Assembly (NCBI GenBank): GCA_963777315.1
Contig: CAVZQC010000002.1
Location: forward strand, 448,001 to 512,000
DNA length: 64,000 bases
Direction: 5' to 3'
DNA from: Vulcanimicrobiota bacterium
GTDB taxonomy: Bacteria; Vulcanimicrobiota; Vulcanimicrobiia; Vulcanimicrobiales; Vulcanimicrobiaceae
The position numbers were made by a program, and so were the translations under genes. Shown one piece after another: positions 39,453-48,720 of the stretch; position 1 is the stretch's first letter; each line of letters begins with the position of its first letter. Under the pieces are notes generated by a model. The model was not told where the DNA came from and did not search any database. It saw nothing but the letters and a program-made list of their open reading frames with translations.

Positions 39453-40684
39453 TCGCGCGCGCGAAAACCGGCGTCGTCGAGCGTCTGGCGGAACTGGCAA
39501 AGCTCGGCCGGCACGCCGACGGGATCGATCGACGCCCGGCCACGCCGCAGGAGCGCGCAGCGCGTGATTTGTTTGCCCAATGGGCGTTGCAATCCGGTTT
39601 CGTTCTCAGCCAGGACCGCGTCGGCAATCTGTTTGCGCGCAAGCACGGAGTCCGCGACGATCTGGCGCCGATTCTCGTCGGCTCGCATCTGGACACGGTT
39701 CCGACCGGTGGGGCCTACGACGGTGCCTACGGCGTGGCCGGCGCACTTTGCGCGCTGGATCTGCTCGTGCACGGTGAAGTCGCGACGAATCACCCGGTTG
39801 AAGCGGCTGCCTGGATCGGCGAGGAGGGCAGCCGTTTTCCAATGGGCTGCTTGGGCAGCTCGGTATTCGCCGGTTTGACGGGTGCAGGCGACGCTCTGGC
39901 GATGCCCGATGACCAGGGCATCTCGCTTGAAAGCGCACTGTCATCGCGCGACGCCGGGCTCTTGCCGGACGTCGCCGAGCGAAGCGAAAATCGCGCAGCG
40001 GCATATCTGGAGCTGCACGTGGAACAGGGACCGGTGCTGGACGCGGCCCGCATCTCTTTGGGCATCGTCACCGCGATCGCCGCGCAGCGCCGCTATCGTG
40101 TGACGGTCGAGGGCGAAAGCGGCCACGCGGGTACGGTGCCGATGGACCGCCGTTCGGATGCGTTGTGCGCTGCCGCCGAAATCATTCTGGCCCTTGAAGC
40201 CGCCGCCGGTGCCGCCGGAGAATGCGTGGCGACGGTCGGGCGCATCGTCGCCGAGCCCAACGGCACGAACGTCATTCCTGCTCGCGCGACGTTTTCTATC
40301 GATGCGCGTTCTGCGCACGCCGATCGCATCGATGCGATCGAAGGCGCGCTGAGCCGGGCAATTTCCCAAGCCCAAACGCGCCGCCGCGTGAAGATCGGCC
40401 TGCAGCGCCTCGAAGCCCGCGCGGCCACGCCCATGAACGCTGCGCTCCGCGCGGCGGTTCGCCGCGCAATCGAAACGATGGATCTGCGGGCGATGGACGT
40501 TGCCAGCGGCGCAGGCCACGACGCCATGTGTTTGGCGTGCATCGCGCCGGCTGCAATGATTTTCGTCCCGAGCATCGGCGGCCACAGCCACGTGGGTGCA
40601 GAACGCACGGCCGACAGCGATCTGGAGCTGGGAGTCCGGGCGCTTGCCCTGTCCATCGTCGAAGTCGACAAGATCGTGCCCTAG
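39449..40684 (+). CDS. Zn-dependent amidohydrolase (allantoate amidohydrolase/M20 family)
   Basis: GSHLDTVP.GG.YDG, EEGSRF, ELHVEQGP, GHAGTVPM, SGAGHDA, SH; coupled to puuE. Confidence 0.88.
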   Translation: MIARAKTGVVERLAELAKLGRHADGIDRRPATPQERAARDLFAQWALQSGFVLSQDRVGNLFARKHGVRDDLAPILVGSHLDTVPTGGAYDGAYGVAGALCALDLLVHGEVATNHPVEAAAWIGEEGSRFPMGCLGSSVFAGLTGAGDALAMPDDQGISLESALSSRDAGLLPDVAERSENRAAAYLELHVEQGPVLDAARISLGIVTAIAAQRRYRVTVEGESGHAGTVPMDRRSDALCAAAEIILALEAAAGAAGECVATVGRIVAEPNGTNVIPARATFSIDARSAHADRIDAIEGALSRAISQAQTRRRVKIGLQRLEARAATPMNAALRAAVRRAIETMDLRAMDVASGAGHDAMCLACIAPAAMIFVPSIGGHSHVGAERTADSDLELGVRALALSIVEVDKIVP

Positions 40685-40701
40685 AAAGAAGGCGGCGTGC
40701 A

Positions 40702-41083
40702 ATGCGTTTCTTCATTTGCGGATCGGCGCTGCGCGGGCAGCCCGATCATACAAATCTCGGTCAGGCTGTATTTGTGGGCAAAGCGTTCACCGCACCCAAG
40801 TATCGTCTGCACTCGGTACGGGACGAGCATCCCGGCATTTATGAAGTTGCTGCCGGCGGCGTTTCAATCGAGGGCGAACTCTACGAGTTCACCGACGCGC
40901 AGCACGAGCATCTGCTTGCATGCGAACCGCCCGATTTGTACGAAGTCTCCAATCGAGCTGCAAGACGGCTCCACGGTCAACGCGATGATCTATCCGCGTG
41001 CGCTCATCGAAGAGCGACACTTCGAAGATATATCGCACTACGGCGGATGGGCTGCCTTCAAAGCTTCCGGCTCGGGGCGCTAG
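40702..41083 (+). CDS. gamma-glutamylcyclotransferase-fold / allophanate hydrolase C-terminal-like protein (apparent frameshift near 40946)
   Basis: MRFFICGSALRG..., TAPKYRL, PG.......SIEGELY, EPP, then in another frame IELQDG...DISHYGGW. Confidence 0.75.
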
Positions 41084-41085
41084 CG

Positions 41086-41403
41086 TTAGCTGCCGCGGTA
41101 CGTCGTGTAACCGTACGGCGAAAGCAACAGCGGCACGTGATATTTGCCGCCGCGTTCCGTAATACGGAAGCGTATGGGAATCAGCTCGAAAAAGCAGTCC
41201 TCGTAGTATTCGGCAACTCGAAAACAGAGTTCGTACACGCCTGGCTCCAGCGTTCCGCCGAAGGGCGCTGCAATGCGTCCGTCCCCGTCGGTGGCCGCCT
41301 GCGCAACCAACGTGCGAGCCGAAGAGTGAAGGCGGTAGAGCTCCACGCCGATGCCGCTAGCCGGACGGCCGCGTGAAATATCGAGTACATGGGTTGAAAG
41401 CAT
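41086..41403 (-). CDS. uraH: 5-hydroxyisourate hydrolase
   Basis: LSTHVLD..GRPA, TDGDGR, YHVPLLLSPYGYTTYRGS. Confidence 0.96.
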   Translation of the reverse strand: MLSTHVLDISRGRPASGIGVELYRLHSSARTLVAQAATDGDGRIAAPFGGTLEPGVYELCFRVAEYYEDCFFELIPIRFRITERGGKYHVPLLLSPYGYTTYRGS

Positions 41404-41409
41404 TGCTTC

Positions 41410-42596
41410 TCACCGTTCTCCGGACGATATCCAAGCTCCGATCAGCGCGCGCTCCCTGTCCGTCATGCCGGTAACGTTGCCCAAAGGCATTGCGTGGGAC
41501 GCCACCGCTTGTTCGTACGCGCGCTGCGCATTGGCCCTGATATGCTGCTTGGAATCCAGCAGCACGCCCGCCGGCGCGGCGGCAAACCCGGGTTGCTTGG
41601 GATGCGCAGCATGGCACACCGCACATCGGCGTTCGAAGATCGGCTGCACCTGCGCAAAGGTTACCTTCGTTGCGAGGGTCGAGGGCTGCCGCGGCACAAT
41701 GGCGATGGCCACGCCGGCGAGCAGCGCGCCGGCGCCGACCAGCAGTGCCGGCACAAACCTATTTTTGTGGGTCAGTATGAAGAAATAGCGCACCAATACG
41801 CCGGCAAGCCCGATGATTGCCAGTACCAGCCATCCCCAACTGCTGCCGTAGGTCATGGGGTAATGGATGCTGATCATGGTAAACAGCACGGGCAGCGTGA
41901 AATACGTGTTGTGCACCGAGCGGGTCTTGCCGCGCAATCCCGGAGCAGGATCCGGCTCTCGGCCGGCGCGGATCTCCGCGAGCATTTTGCGCTGACCCGG
42001 AATGATCACGTACGCGACGTTGGCGACCATGATCGTACCGATGACGGCGCCGACGTGAATGTATGCCGCGCGTGCGCCGAAGATGTGAAAGAGCACCCAC
42101 GACATGAGCACCAAAAATGCAAATACGGCAACGCCGAGCAGCAAAGGGCGATTGCGCAAGAGCCGACAGAGCGTATCGTATACGACCCACCCCACGATCA
42201 GCGAACCGATGCTGATGGCGATTGCCGGCCCCGGCGAGAGATCCAGCACGCTCTTGTCGATCAGATACGTTGCTGCGCCGGCCCAGTAGACGATCGCGAG
42301 CATCGCCATCCCGGAAAGCCAAGTCGTATACGCTTCCCATTTGAACCAATGCAGGTTCTGCGTGAGCGGCATGCCTTTGGGACCCGTCGGGTATTTCTGA
42401 TTGTGATAGAAGCCGCCGCCGTGCACTGCCCAGACTCTCCGGAAACGCCGCGGTGAACCTCATCGGATTGCTGCGGCAGCGTGAGGTGGTTATCCAACCA
42501 CACGAAGTAAAAGGACGCTCCGATCCACGATATTCCGGCCACGAAGTGCAGCCACCGGAAAACGAGGTTCAACCATTCGAGCGCATATGCGCCCAT
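41410..42596 (-). CDS. puuD: membrane urate hydroxylase PuuD with C-terminal cytochrome c (apparent 1-nt deletion near 42430)
   Basis: RWLH..AGI.WIG.SFYF..LD, HGGGFY, WFKWEAYTTWLSG, SVHNTYFTLPV, CAVCH. Confidence 0.9.
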
Positions 42597-43102
42597 CAGT
42601 CCGTCACGATATCCGACAAACGCAGGCGGGCAATTTTTCCGATTTCGTCGACGGCGTTCTCAACTTCGGTCCCGACATCGTTGCGCAGTCGCGCTTGCAT
42701 TGCACTCAGAATAGATTCCTTCGTATTCGCGCGAGCGCAGATGACGAAAGGAAACCCGAACCGCCGTTTATACGCGCGGTTCAAACGTTCGAAACGCGCT
42801 ATTTCGCCGTCGTTGAGCCGGTCCAGTCCGGCCGCCGACTGTTCTTTGCCCGATTCGGCGGTAACTCGCCCGTCACGCGCGAGTCTTCCGGCCAAGTCGG
42901 GATGCGCCGCAATCACCGCAGCCCGGTCCGCCTGCGGTGCATGCTGCAGCGCCGTCAGCATGGTAGCGCAAAGCTCGGCGCGGTTCGCAAACGGGCGCCT
43001 CGAGCATGCGGCTCGAGCGATCCATGGCGAACCTTCGAAGACGCCGCTCAGGATTCGAACGAAGTCCTGCTCAGGAATGCCGTTGAGTTCCTCGATGCGC
43101 AC
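42596..43102 (-). CDS. uraD: OHCU decarboxylase
   Basis: FEGSPWIA, AHPDLAG, EQ.AAGL, Y..RFGFPFVICAR, IARLRL. Confidence 0.93.
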   Translation of the reverse strand: MRIEELNGIPEQDFVRILSGVFEGSPWIARAACSRRPFANRAELCATMLTALQHAPQADRAAVIAAHPDLAGRLARDGRVTAESGKEQSAAGLDRLNDGEIARFERLNRAYKRRFGFPFVICARANTKESILSAMQARLRNDVGTEVENAVDEIGKIARLRLSDIVTD

Positions 43103-43162
43103 CGAGGATTATCGTCCGGTCGGGGAACGCTATCCTTTTCCGTAGCGTATGAACTCGGCGCT

Positions 43163-43873
43163 TTAGAGCGTTATGTGAAACCGTCGACTGAGCGCGACTC
43201 GACCTTGCGGGGTAAGGCGAAGGCCTCGGTCTTTAGCGCTGCGTGCCACCCAACCTGACGTCAGGAACAGCTCGAGCAGCGAAGCTCCCAAGCTGCCGGC
43301 CAAGTGCGGTCTGCGTTCCGTCCAGTCCATGCATGCGCGGGCAAAGCTGCGTCTGCTCGCGCGCGCTTGGTCCACATCGACTCCAAGCCGAGCAAAATAC
43401 CGTTCGCCGCCCGGCGTGAGCTCAAACGACTCTTTGGCCGCCCGCAGCGCTCCGCGTTCGACGAAGTGATCCGTCAACATGACGCCGAGCCTGCCTGCCA
43501 TGTGATCGTAACAGGACCGCGCATCGCGCAGCCGGCGCATGCCTTCGCTTTGGCTTAGCCCAACGACCGGCGGCCGTTTAGCAATCGTGGACAGCGTCTC
43601 GACGACGTTCGCAACTTCAGGCGAAGACAAGCGAAACAACCGTTGACGACCGGCCGGCCTTACGGTGATGAATTCGGCTTCGACCAGTTTGCGCAAATGC
43701 GCGCTCGCCGCTTGGGGGCTCGTACCGGACCGCAGCGCGAGCTCCGTGGCCGGCAGTTCGCCGCCGTCCAGCAATGCAAGGATCATCGCTGCGCGCCCGG
43801 TATCCGAAATCAGCGCCGCGACTTGGGCGATATCGGGATCCGCGGTATGCCGCGAATTGCCTTGCGCTGCCAT
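43163..43873 (-). CDS. ArsR/SmtB-family transcriptional regulator
   Basis: HTH (ATELA...ASAHL.KL), ARSCYDH.AG.LG, CMDWTERRPHLAG. Confidence 0.9.
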   Translation of the reverse strand: MAAQGNSRHTADPDIAQVAALISDTGRAAMILALLDGGELPATELALRSGTSPQAASAHLRKLVEAEFITVRPAGRQRLFRLSSPEVANVVETLSTIAKRPPVVGLSQSEGMRRLRDARSCYDHMAGRLGVMLTDHFVERGALRAAKESFELTPGGERYFARLGVDVDQARASRRSFARACMDWTERRPHLAGSLGASLLELFLTSGWVARSAKDRGLRLTPQGRVALSRRFHITL

Positions 43874-44001
43874 GCCGACAGCATACCACACGGACATTTC
43901 ACGTTGCGGTGAACCAACGTTATGCGTTTCCGGACCGTTCGGATGCGAGGACCATGTTTCACGTCCGCCTGAAACGTTCTCTTGGTATACTCGTGGGACA
44001 C

Positions 44002-44301
44002 ATGATCACTTGCTGCATTCGCTATACCTTGGACCCGCATGCTATGGGAGCTTTCGAGCAGTACGCCCGCCGCTGGCCGCCGATCATCGACCGCTGCGGT
44101 GGCCGCCTGATTGGCTATTTTTTGCCGAAAGAGGGCGCGAACAACTTTGCCGTTGCGCTCATCGATTTCGACGATCTTGCCTCCTACGAGCAATATCGGC
44201 AACGCTTGGCCGAAGATCCGGATGCGCAAGCCAACGTGAAGCACGCGCGCGAAACGCGCTGCATTCTCGTGGAGGAACGTTCTTTTCTCAGGCGCGTCTA
44301 G
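44002..44301 (+). CDS. NIPSNAP family protein
   Basis: MITCCIRYTLDP...FEQYA..W, GYFLP.EG, EERSFLR; divergent from the ArsR gene. Confidence 0.85.
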   Translation: MITCCIRYTLDPHAMGAFEQYARRWPPIIDRCGGRLIGYFLPKEGANNFAVALIDFDDLASYEQYRQRLAEDPDAQANVKHARETRCILVEERSFLRRV

Positions 44302-44370
44302 CGCACCGTCCGTTGCCATAGCCGCCTAATCCGGAGGTGCGGCGCGCTCAACGGTATACTCCTTGAGCCC

Positions 44371-45708
44371 ATGGACGCAGATGCCATCGTCATCGGTGCC
44401 GGCGCCGCAGGTTTGGCGGCCGCGCGGACACTTGCGCGGCGGGCGTTGCGAGTGATCGTTCTGGAGGCGCGCGATCGCGTCGGCGGTCGCGTTTGGTCGC
44501 GCGCAATCGCGCGAACAACGGTTTCGGCCGAACTGGGCGCAGAGTTCATCCACGGTGCTGCCGGCGAGACCATGGCATTGCTGCGCGACGCCGGAATGAC
44601 GACGGCCGACGTGCGGGGCGAGTCGTGGACGTGCGGGCAAAACGGCGACCTGCAGCGCAACGACGACGACTTCACGACTTCCGCGGGGATATTCGAGCGT
44701 GCGCGCGCACTGCTCCACGATGAAAGCGTCGAGCAATTTTTGCGGCGCTTTGAAGGACAAGAAGCGATGCGTGAAGCCGTGAAGGCGGCGCGCGCGTTCG
44801 TCGAGGGATTCGACGCCGCAGATCCGAGAATTGCCAGCACTCGGGCGATCGCGGACGAGTGGAAGTCGGGCGTCGATTCCAGCACGGCGCGGCCGCTGGG
44901 CGGCTATGGTGCGATGTTCCGGCTTCTGCAGGATGGTTGCTCCGCCGCCGGCGTTCGGCTGCGCCATTCAACAGTCGTGCGGAGAGTTGTGTGGCGCCGC
45001 GGCAACGTGACCGTCGATGCAGAAACTTCCCGCGCAGAACCGCTAAGGGTTCAAGCGCGAGCCGCCGTCGTAACGGTTCCCGTCGGGGTCTTGCGGCATC
45101 GCGCCGACGCGACGGAGATCGCGTTCCACCCCGATTTGCCTGCGCCTAAGCGCAGCGCGCTGCAAGCCATTGAGATGGGCCATGCCGTGAAGGTGGCGCT
45201 CGCATTCCGCACGGCTTTCTGGGAACGGGTGCGCGGCGGCCGCTACCGTGACGGCGCGTTCTTCCGCTGCGAGGCACATCCGTTTCCGTTCTATTGGACC
45301 CAGCTGCCGGTGCGCAGCCGGCTGATCGTCGCATGGGCCGGCGGTCCGAACGCAACTGCGTTACACGATAAATCGTCTGACCAGCTCCTCGAGAGTGCGC
45401 TGATCGGTTTCGGAGCGCTGTTCGACGCGTCGGAGCTGGCGCATAGAGAGTTCGCCGGCGGCATCGTGCATGACTGGCACACCGATCCATTCTCGCGCGG
45501 CTCATACAGTTACGTCGCGGTCGGCGGAGCCGATGCGCGCGCGGACCTTGCCGGGCCGGTCGATGATACGCTGTTTTTTGCCGGTGAGGCCACGTCGACG
45601 GACGGCCAAGGGGGCACCGTGAACGGAGCACTCGAAACCGGAGAACGCGCGGCGCGGGAAGTTGCAGCATCCCTGGCCAGTACCGCGGCAGGAACGGACG
45701 ATGGCTGA
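44371..45708 (+). CDS. flavin monoamine oxidase family protein
   Basis: IGAGAAGL, LEARDRVGGR, GAEFIHG, W.DPFSRGSYS, FFAGEAT, GTVNGA. Confidence 0.92.
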   Translation: MDADAIVIGAGAAGLAAARTLARRALRVIVLEARDRVGGRVWSRAIARTTVSAELGAEFIHGAAGETMALLRDAGMTTADVRGESWTCGQNGDLQRNDDDFTTSAGIFERARALLHDESVEQFLRRFEGQEAMREAVKAARAFVEGFDAADPRIASTRAIADEWKSGVDSSTARPLGGYGAMFRLLQDGCSAAGVRLRHSTVVRRVVWRRGNVTVDAETSRAEPLRVQARAAVVTVPVGVLRHRADATEIAFHPDLPAPKRSALQAIEMGHAVKVALAFRTAFWERVRGGRYRDGAFFRCEAHPFPFYWTQLPVRSRLIVAWAGGPNATALHDKSSDQLLESALIGFGALFDASELAHREFAGGIVHDWHTDPFSRGSYSYVAVGGADARADLAGPVDDTLFFAGEATSTDGQGGTVNGALETGERAAREVAASLASTAAGTDDG

Positions 45709-46255
45709 CGCTCCCATGCCGATTCTGGTCCCATGGTCGAGTTTTTACGTCATGATCGGTTCGTCGGCTGCCGCGTTGACCGGCTTGATGTTTGTCGTGA
45801 TCACGCTGGTCAACAGGGTGGAAGGTTCCAAAACCAGTGACGGCATTGCAACGTTCAGCACTCCCACCGTACTGCATTTTAGCGCCGCGCTGCTGGTCTC
45901 CGCAATTCTGGCCGCGCCTTGGCAGTCTTTGGTTGCCCCCGGCACGCTGCTCGGGATCGCCGGCTTCTGCGGCGTCGTGTCCGCGTTGCGCACAATGAAG
46001 CGGACGCGCCGCTTGAGCACGTACGATCCCGATCTCGAGGATTGGATCTCGTACGCAATTCTGCCGTTGCTTGGGTATGGCACGATTTTGGCCGGAGCCA
46101 TACTGCTGCTCACCGTCTGGACGCAAGCGTTGTACGCGATCGCCGGCGGAGCAGTCTTTCTCATTTTCATCGGCATACGTAACGCCTGGGACACCGTAAC
46201 GTACATCGCGATCGCAAGCGCTCAGGAACAGTCGTCCTCGAGCCCGAAGAATTAG
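45701..46255 (+). CDS. membrane hypothetical protein
   Basis: Five hydrophobic segments; W.SFY..IGSSAAALTGLMFV and GIRNAWD. Confidence 0.75.
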   Translation: MADAPMPILVPWSSFYVMIGSSAAALTGLMFVVITLVNRVEGSKTSDGIATFSTPTVLHFSAALLVSAILAAPWQSLVAPGTLLGIAGFCGVVSALRTMKRTRRLSTYDPDLEDWISYAILPLLGYGTILAGAILLLTVWTQALYAIAGGAVFLIFIGIRNAWDTVTYIAIASAQEQSSSSPKN

Positions 46256-46263
46256 GAGAAGCA

Positions 46264-46657
46264 ATGCCTAAGGCCAATTTCAGCTCGGTGGATGAATACG
46301 TCGCGTCCAAGCCCGAAACGGTGCAGAATTCGCTGCTGCTCGTTCGAAAATCGATCCGTAAGGCGCTGCCCGGTGCCGATGAAGTGATTTCGTACAACAT
46401 GCCGACGTACAAAGAGCTCGGCACGACAATCGTCCATTTCGCGGCCTGGAAGGAGCACTACGCTCTCTACCTCTCCGGCAGTTCTATCGTCGCGGCGTTC
46501 GAGAAGCAGTCTACGCCCGTACGAGGTTGACAAAGGCACAATCCGCTTTGCGTTTAGTCAGCCCGTGCCGCAAAAGTTGATCGAGCGCATCGTACGATTT
46601 CGCGCTCGGAAGATGGCGGAAAAAATTTCACCGCATCGACGCCGGCCAATCCGCTAG
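46264..46657 (+). CDS. DUF1801/YdhG-like protein (apparent +1 frameshift near 46510)
   Basis: SVDEY, ISYNMPTY, HFAAWKEH, then in a shifted frame YEVDKGTIRF...P..LIERIV.FR to a TAG at 46657. Confidence 0.75.
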
Positions 46658-46679
46658 TGCAATAGCCCGGAGGCACTCT

Positions 46680-47189
46680 ATGGCTACCGTCCAACGCCTA
46701 ACCGTCGATCTTTCGGCCTATCCCGATCTTGTCGTCATCTATCTCGGGATGCGGGTCCGAACGTTGCCTGGTCTCAAAACGCTGTTTGGCTTTGGCCCAA
46801 AAATTCAAGGCAGCGTCGCGCAAAAACCCGATGGACTGCTCTTGCACGAGAACATGCTCTATTCACTCGTTCCCCCGCACGCAGGCATGCGGCAGTACTG
46901 GCGTGACTTCGACTCGTTGCAACGCTGGGCTCGCAGCAAGCCGCACCAACTGTGGTGGCAGGACTTTGTGAAAGACTCCGGCGGCACGGGTTTCTGGCAT
47001 GAGACCTATTTCGTTCGCGGCGGCATGGAAGCAATCTACGACGACGTGAACAAAAAAATCGGCTTGTCAGCGTTCGCGCCCATTGAACCCGCGCGGGGCG
47101 CCATGTTCTCGGCGCGGCGGCGATTGCGGCTCGGCGATGAGGCGGCGGATATACAGCCGGCGGCGCATGCCGACGGCGAGCCCGCGTAG
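46680..47189 (+). CDS. DUF4188 / monooxygenase-like protein
   Basis: LVVIYLGMRV, GLLLHE, RQYWRDFDSL..WA...H..WW, FWHETY. Confidence 0.8.
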   Translation: MATVQRLTVDLSAYPDLVVIYLGMRVRTLPGLKTLFGFGPKIQGSVAQKPDGLLLHENMLYSLVPPHAGMRQYWRDFDSLQRWARSKPHQLWWQDFVKDSGGTGFWHETYFVRGGMEAIYDDVNKKIGLSAFAPIEPARGAMFSARRRLRLGDEAADIQPAAHADGEPA

Positions 47190-47261
47190 AGTTCTCGACC
47201 TCGTGCCTAACGCTCGACAACATCGCAGAGGATACGCAGCGATGGATGAACGCGGAATCAA

Positions 47262-47296
47262 TGGACATCCTGGACTAAGTTTGGTAGACTAAGTCC
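47262..47296 (+). promoter_or_regulatory. promoter/operator of the vapBC pair
   Basis: TGGACA-N17-TAGACT, 6 nt before the ATG. Overlapped by a repeat/palindrome GGACTAAGT-TTGGTAG-ACTAAGTCC. Confidence 0.6.
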
Positions 47297-47534
47297 ATGA
47301 AGACCGTCAATATGCACGAGGCCAAAACGCAGCTTTCTGCACTCGTGCGCGACTTGCGCGCGGGCGGCGAGTCGGAAATCATCATTGCGCTTGCCGGCGA
47401 ACCCGCGGCAAAGCTCAGTGCCGGTCGGCAAACCGGCACCGCGCCGGCTCGGGCTCGATCGCGGGCTTATCGCCATCGCGGCAGACTTTGATGCGGCGGA
47501 TGCGCAAATTGCGCGGCTGTTTGAAGGAGACTAG
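47297..47534 (+). CDS. Phd/YefM-family antitoxin (apparent +1 frameshift near 47417)
   Basis: MKTVNMHEAKTQLS.LV...EIII...G.PAAKL, then in a shifted frame VPV...RRLG..RG.I.IAADFD...LFEGD*. Confidence 0.82.
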
Positions 47535-47923
47535 TGCGGCTGCTCCTGGACACGCACGTGTTCCTCTGGGCAGCGGGTGAACCGGAGGAGCTTGCCGAGC
47601 CTGCGCGAGCGGCAATCGCGGATGCGGAGAACGAGATCTATGTCTCCGCTGCGGTGGCCTGGGAGATCACGATCAAAGCCGCACTCGGCAAACTAAAGGT
47701 CCCCGGCGAACCCGCCAGCTGGTTTCCCGCTCGCGTACGATCCCTCGGATTCGACGGTTTACCGATTCTCGCCGAACATGCCCTCGCGGTCGGTGCGCTC
47801 CCTGATCACCATCATGATCCGTTCGACCGCATTCTCGTTGCGCAAGCCCAGCTGGAAGGAATGCGGTTAGTGACGCGAGACCCCGAAATTCAAAAATATC
47901 CCGTGCAGTTCTTACCAGCGTAA
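47534..47923 (+). CDS. vapC: VapC-family PIN-domain toxin
   Basis: LLLDTHVFLW, VSAAVAWEI.IK..GKL, HHHDPFDRILVAQA, LVTRD. Confidence 0.92.
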   Translation: MRLLLDTHVFLWAAGEPEELAEPARAAIADAENEIYVSAAVAWEITIKAALGKLKVPGEPASWFPARVRSLGFDGLPILAEHALAVGALPDHHHDPFDRILVAQAQLEGMRLVTRDPEIQKYPVQFLPA

Positions 47924-48079
47924 AAGTCCCACCGAGGACGTTGGCGATGTGAACGCTGCCAATATGCCGAAGAACAGCCTACGGATTGCGCCACTTATCA
48001 GGGCGGCCACGATTCGTGCCGCGCGCTTTGCACGTGAATGAGGGCGTCGGGATCGCAGCGGGCCGCCCCGAGCGCACCG

Positions 48080-48420
48080 AACCGACGTCTTCGAAGACGA
48101 TTCCTATGCATGTTCTTTGTTGGTTCACTCCCGGAATCAACGCGAAATCCGCTACCACAATACGTCAAGAGATGCGGAGCTGGCGCCTTCACCTTCGAAG
48201 CGATCTTTCACTCGAACAGATCGCCCGGCGTTTACTACAAATCGGCTCTGAGACCCGTATTCAGCTCACCTCGACGCGATTTTGTGGCGTTGGGCGTTCA
48301 GCCGATGGCCCTGGAATCGCTCAGCAGTACGAAGGCCGGTTCGGGCGTGGCGCACTCGCGCGACTTCTGCATGAGCATCTCACGATGCAGCCCGCCTTTT
48401 TATGTTTTTCGCACTGCGAC
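48080..48420 (+). pseudogene. degenerate remnant of a group II intron reverse transcriptase/maturase (thumb/X domain)
   Basis: Pieces across frames: FFVG-FTPGINAKSATTIRQEMRSWRLHLRSDLSLEQIAR, YYKSALRPVF, HLDAILWRWA, QPAFLCFSH. These match the maturase pattern F.PA....A...IR..IR.W......SL..LA...F.KSAL....LD..L.RWA...P.LF.HW. Confidence 0.65.
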
Positions 48421-48525
48421 GCCGCGGGCAACGTCTCACGCTGCGATTTCAAGAAAATGCAAAGTCGCCCGATTTCCATTTAATTCACGACACGTAGCAA
48501 ATTAATGGAAACAAACGAATCTACT

Positions 48526-48609
48526 TGCCCGGAAAGGGACTCGAACCCCCACGGCCTTGCGGCCACTGATACCTGAAACCAGCGCGTCTACCAATTCCGC
48601 CATCCGGGC
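48526..48609 (-). tRNA. tRNA-Leu(CAG)
   Basis: GCCCGGATGGCGGAATTGGTAGACGCGCTGGTTTCAGGTATCAGTGGCCGCAAGGCCGTGGGGGTTCGAGTCCCTTTCCGGGCA. Long variable arm, anticodon CAG, CCA not encoded. Confidence 0.96.
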
Positions 48610-48720
48610 GCGGACGCTGTGTTCGACAATGCTCCCTGGGTTCTTCGTCGTCCTTCGAACCGGCGCACGATGACGAGGGGGCGCAACCCGCGGCGCCTTT
48701 GCGCGGTTTGTGGTCGCACT

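Noticed and set aside
25240..47420. Programmed ribosomal frameshifting in the split genes
   Set aside because: There are no slippery heptamers or shared signals at the sites, and these families are not known to recode.
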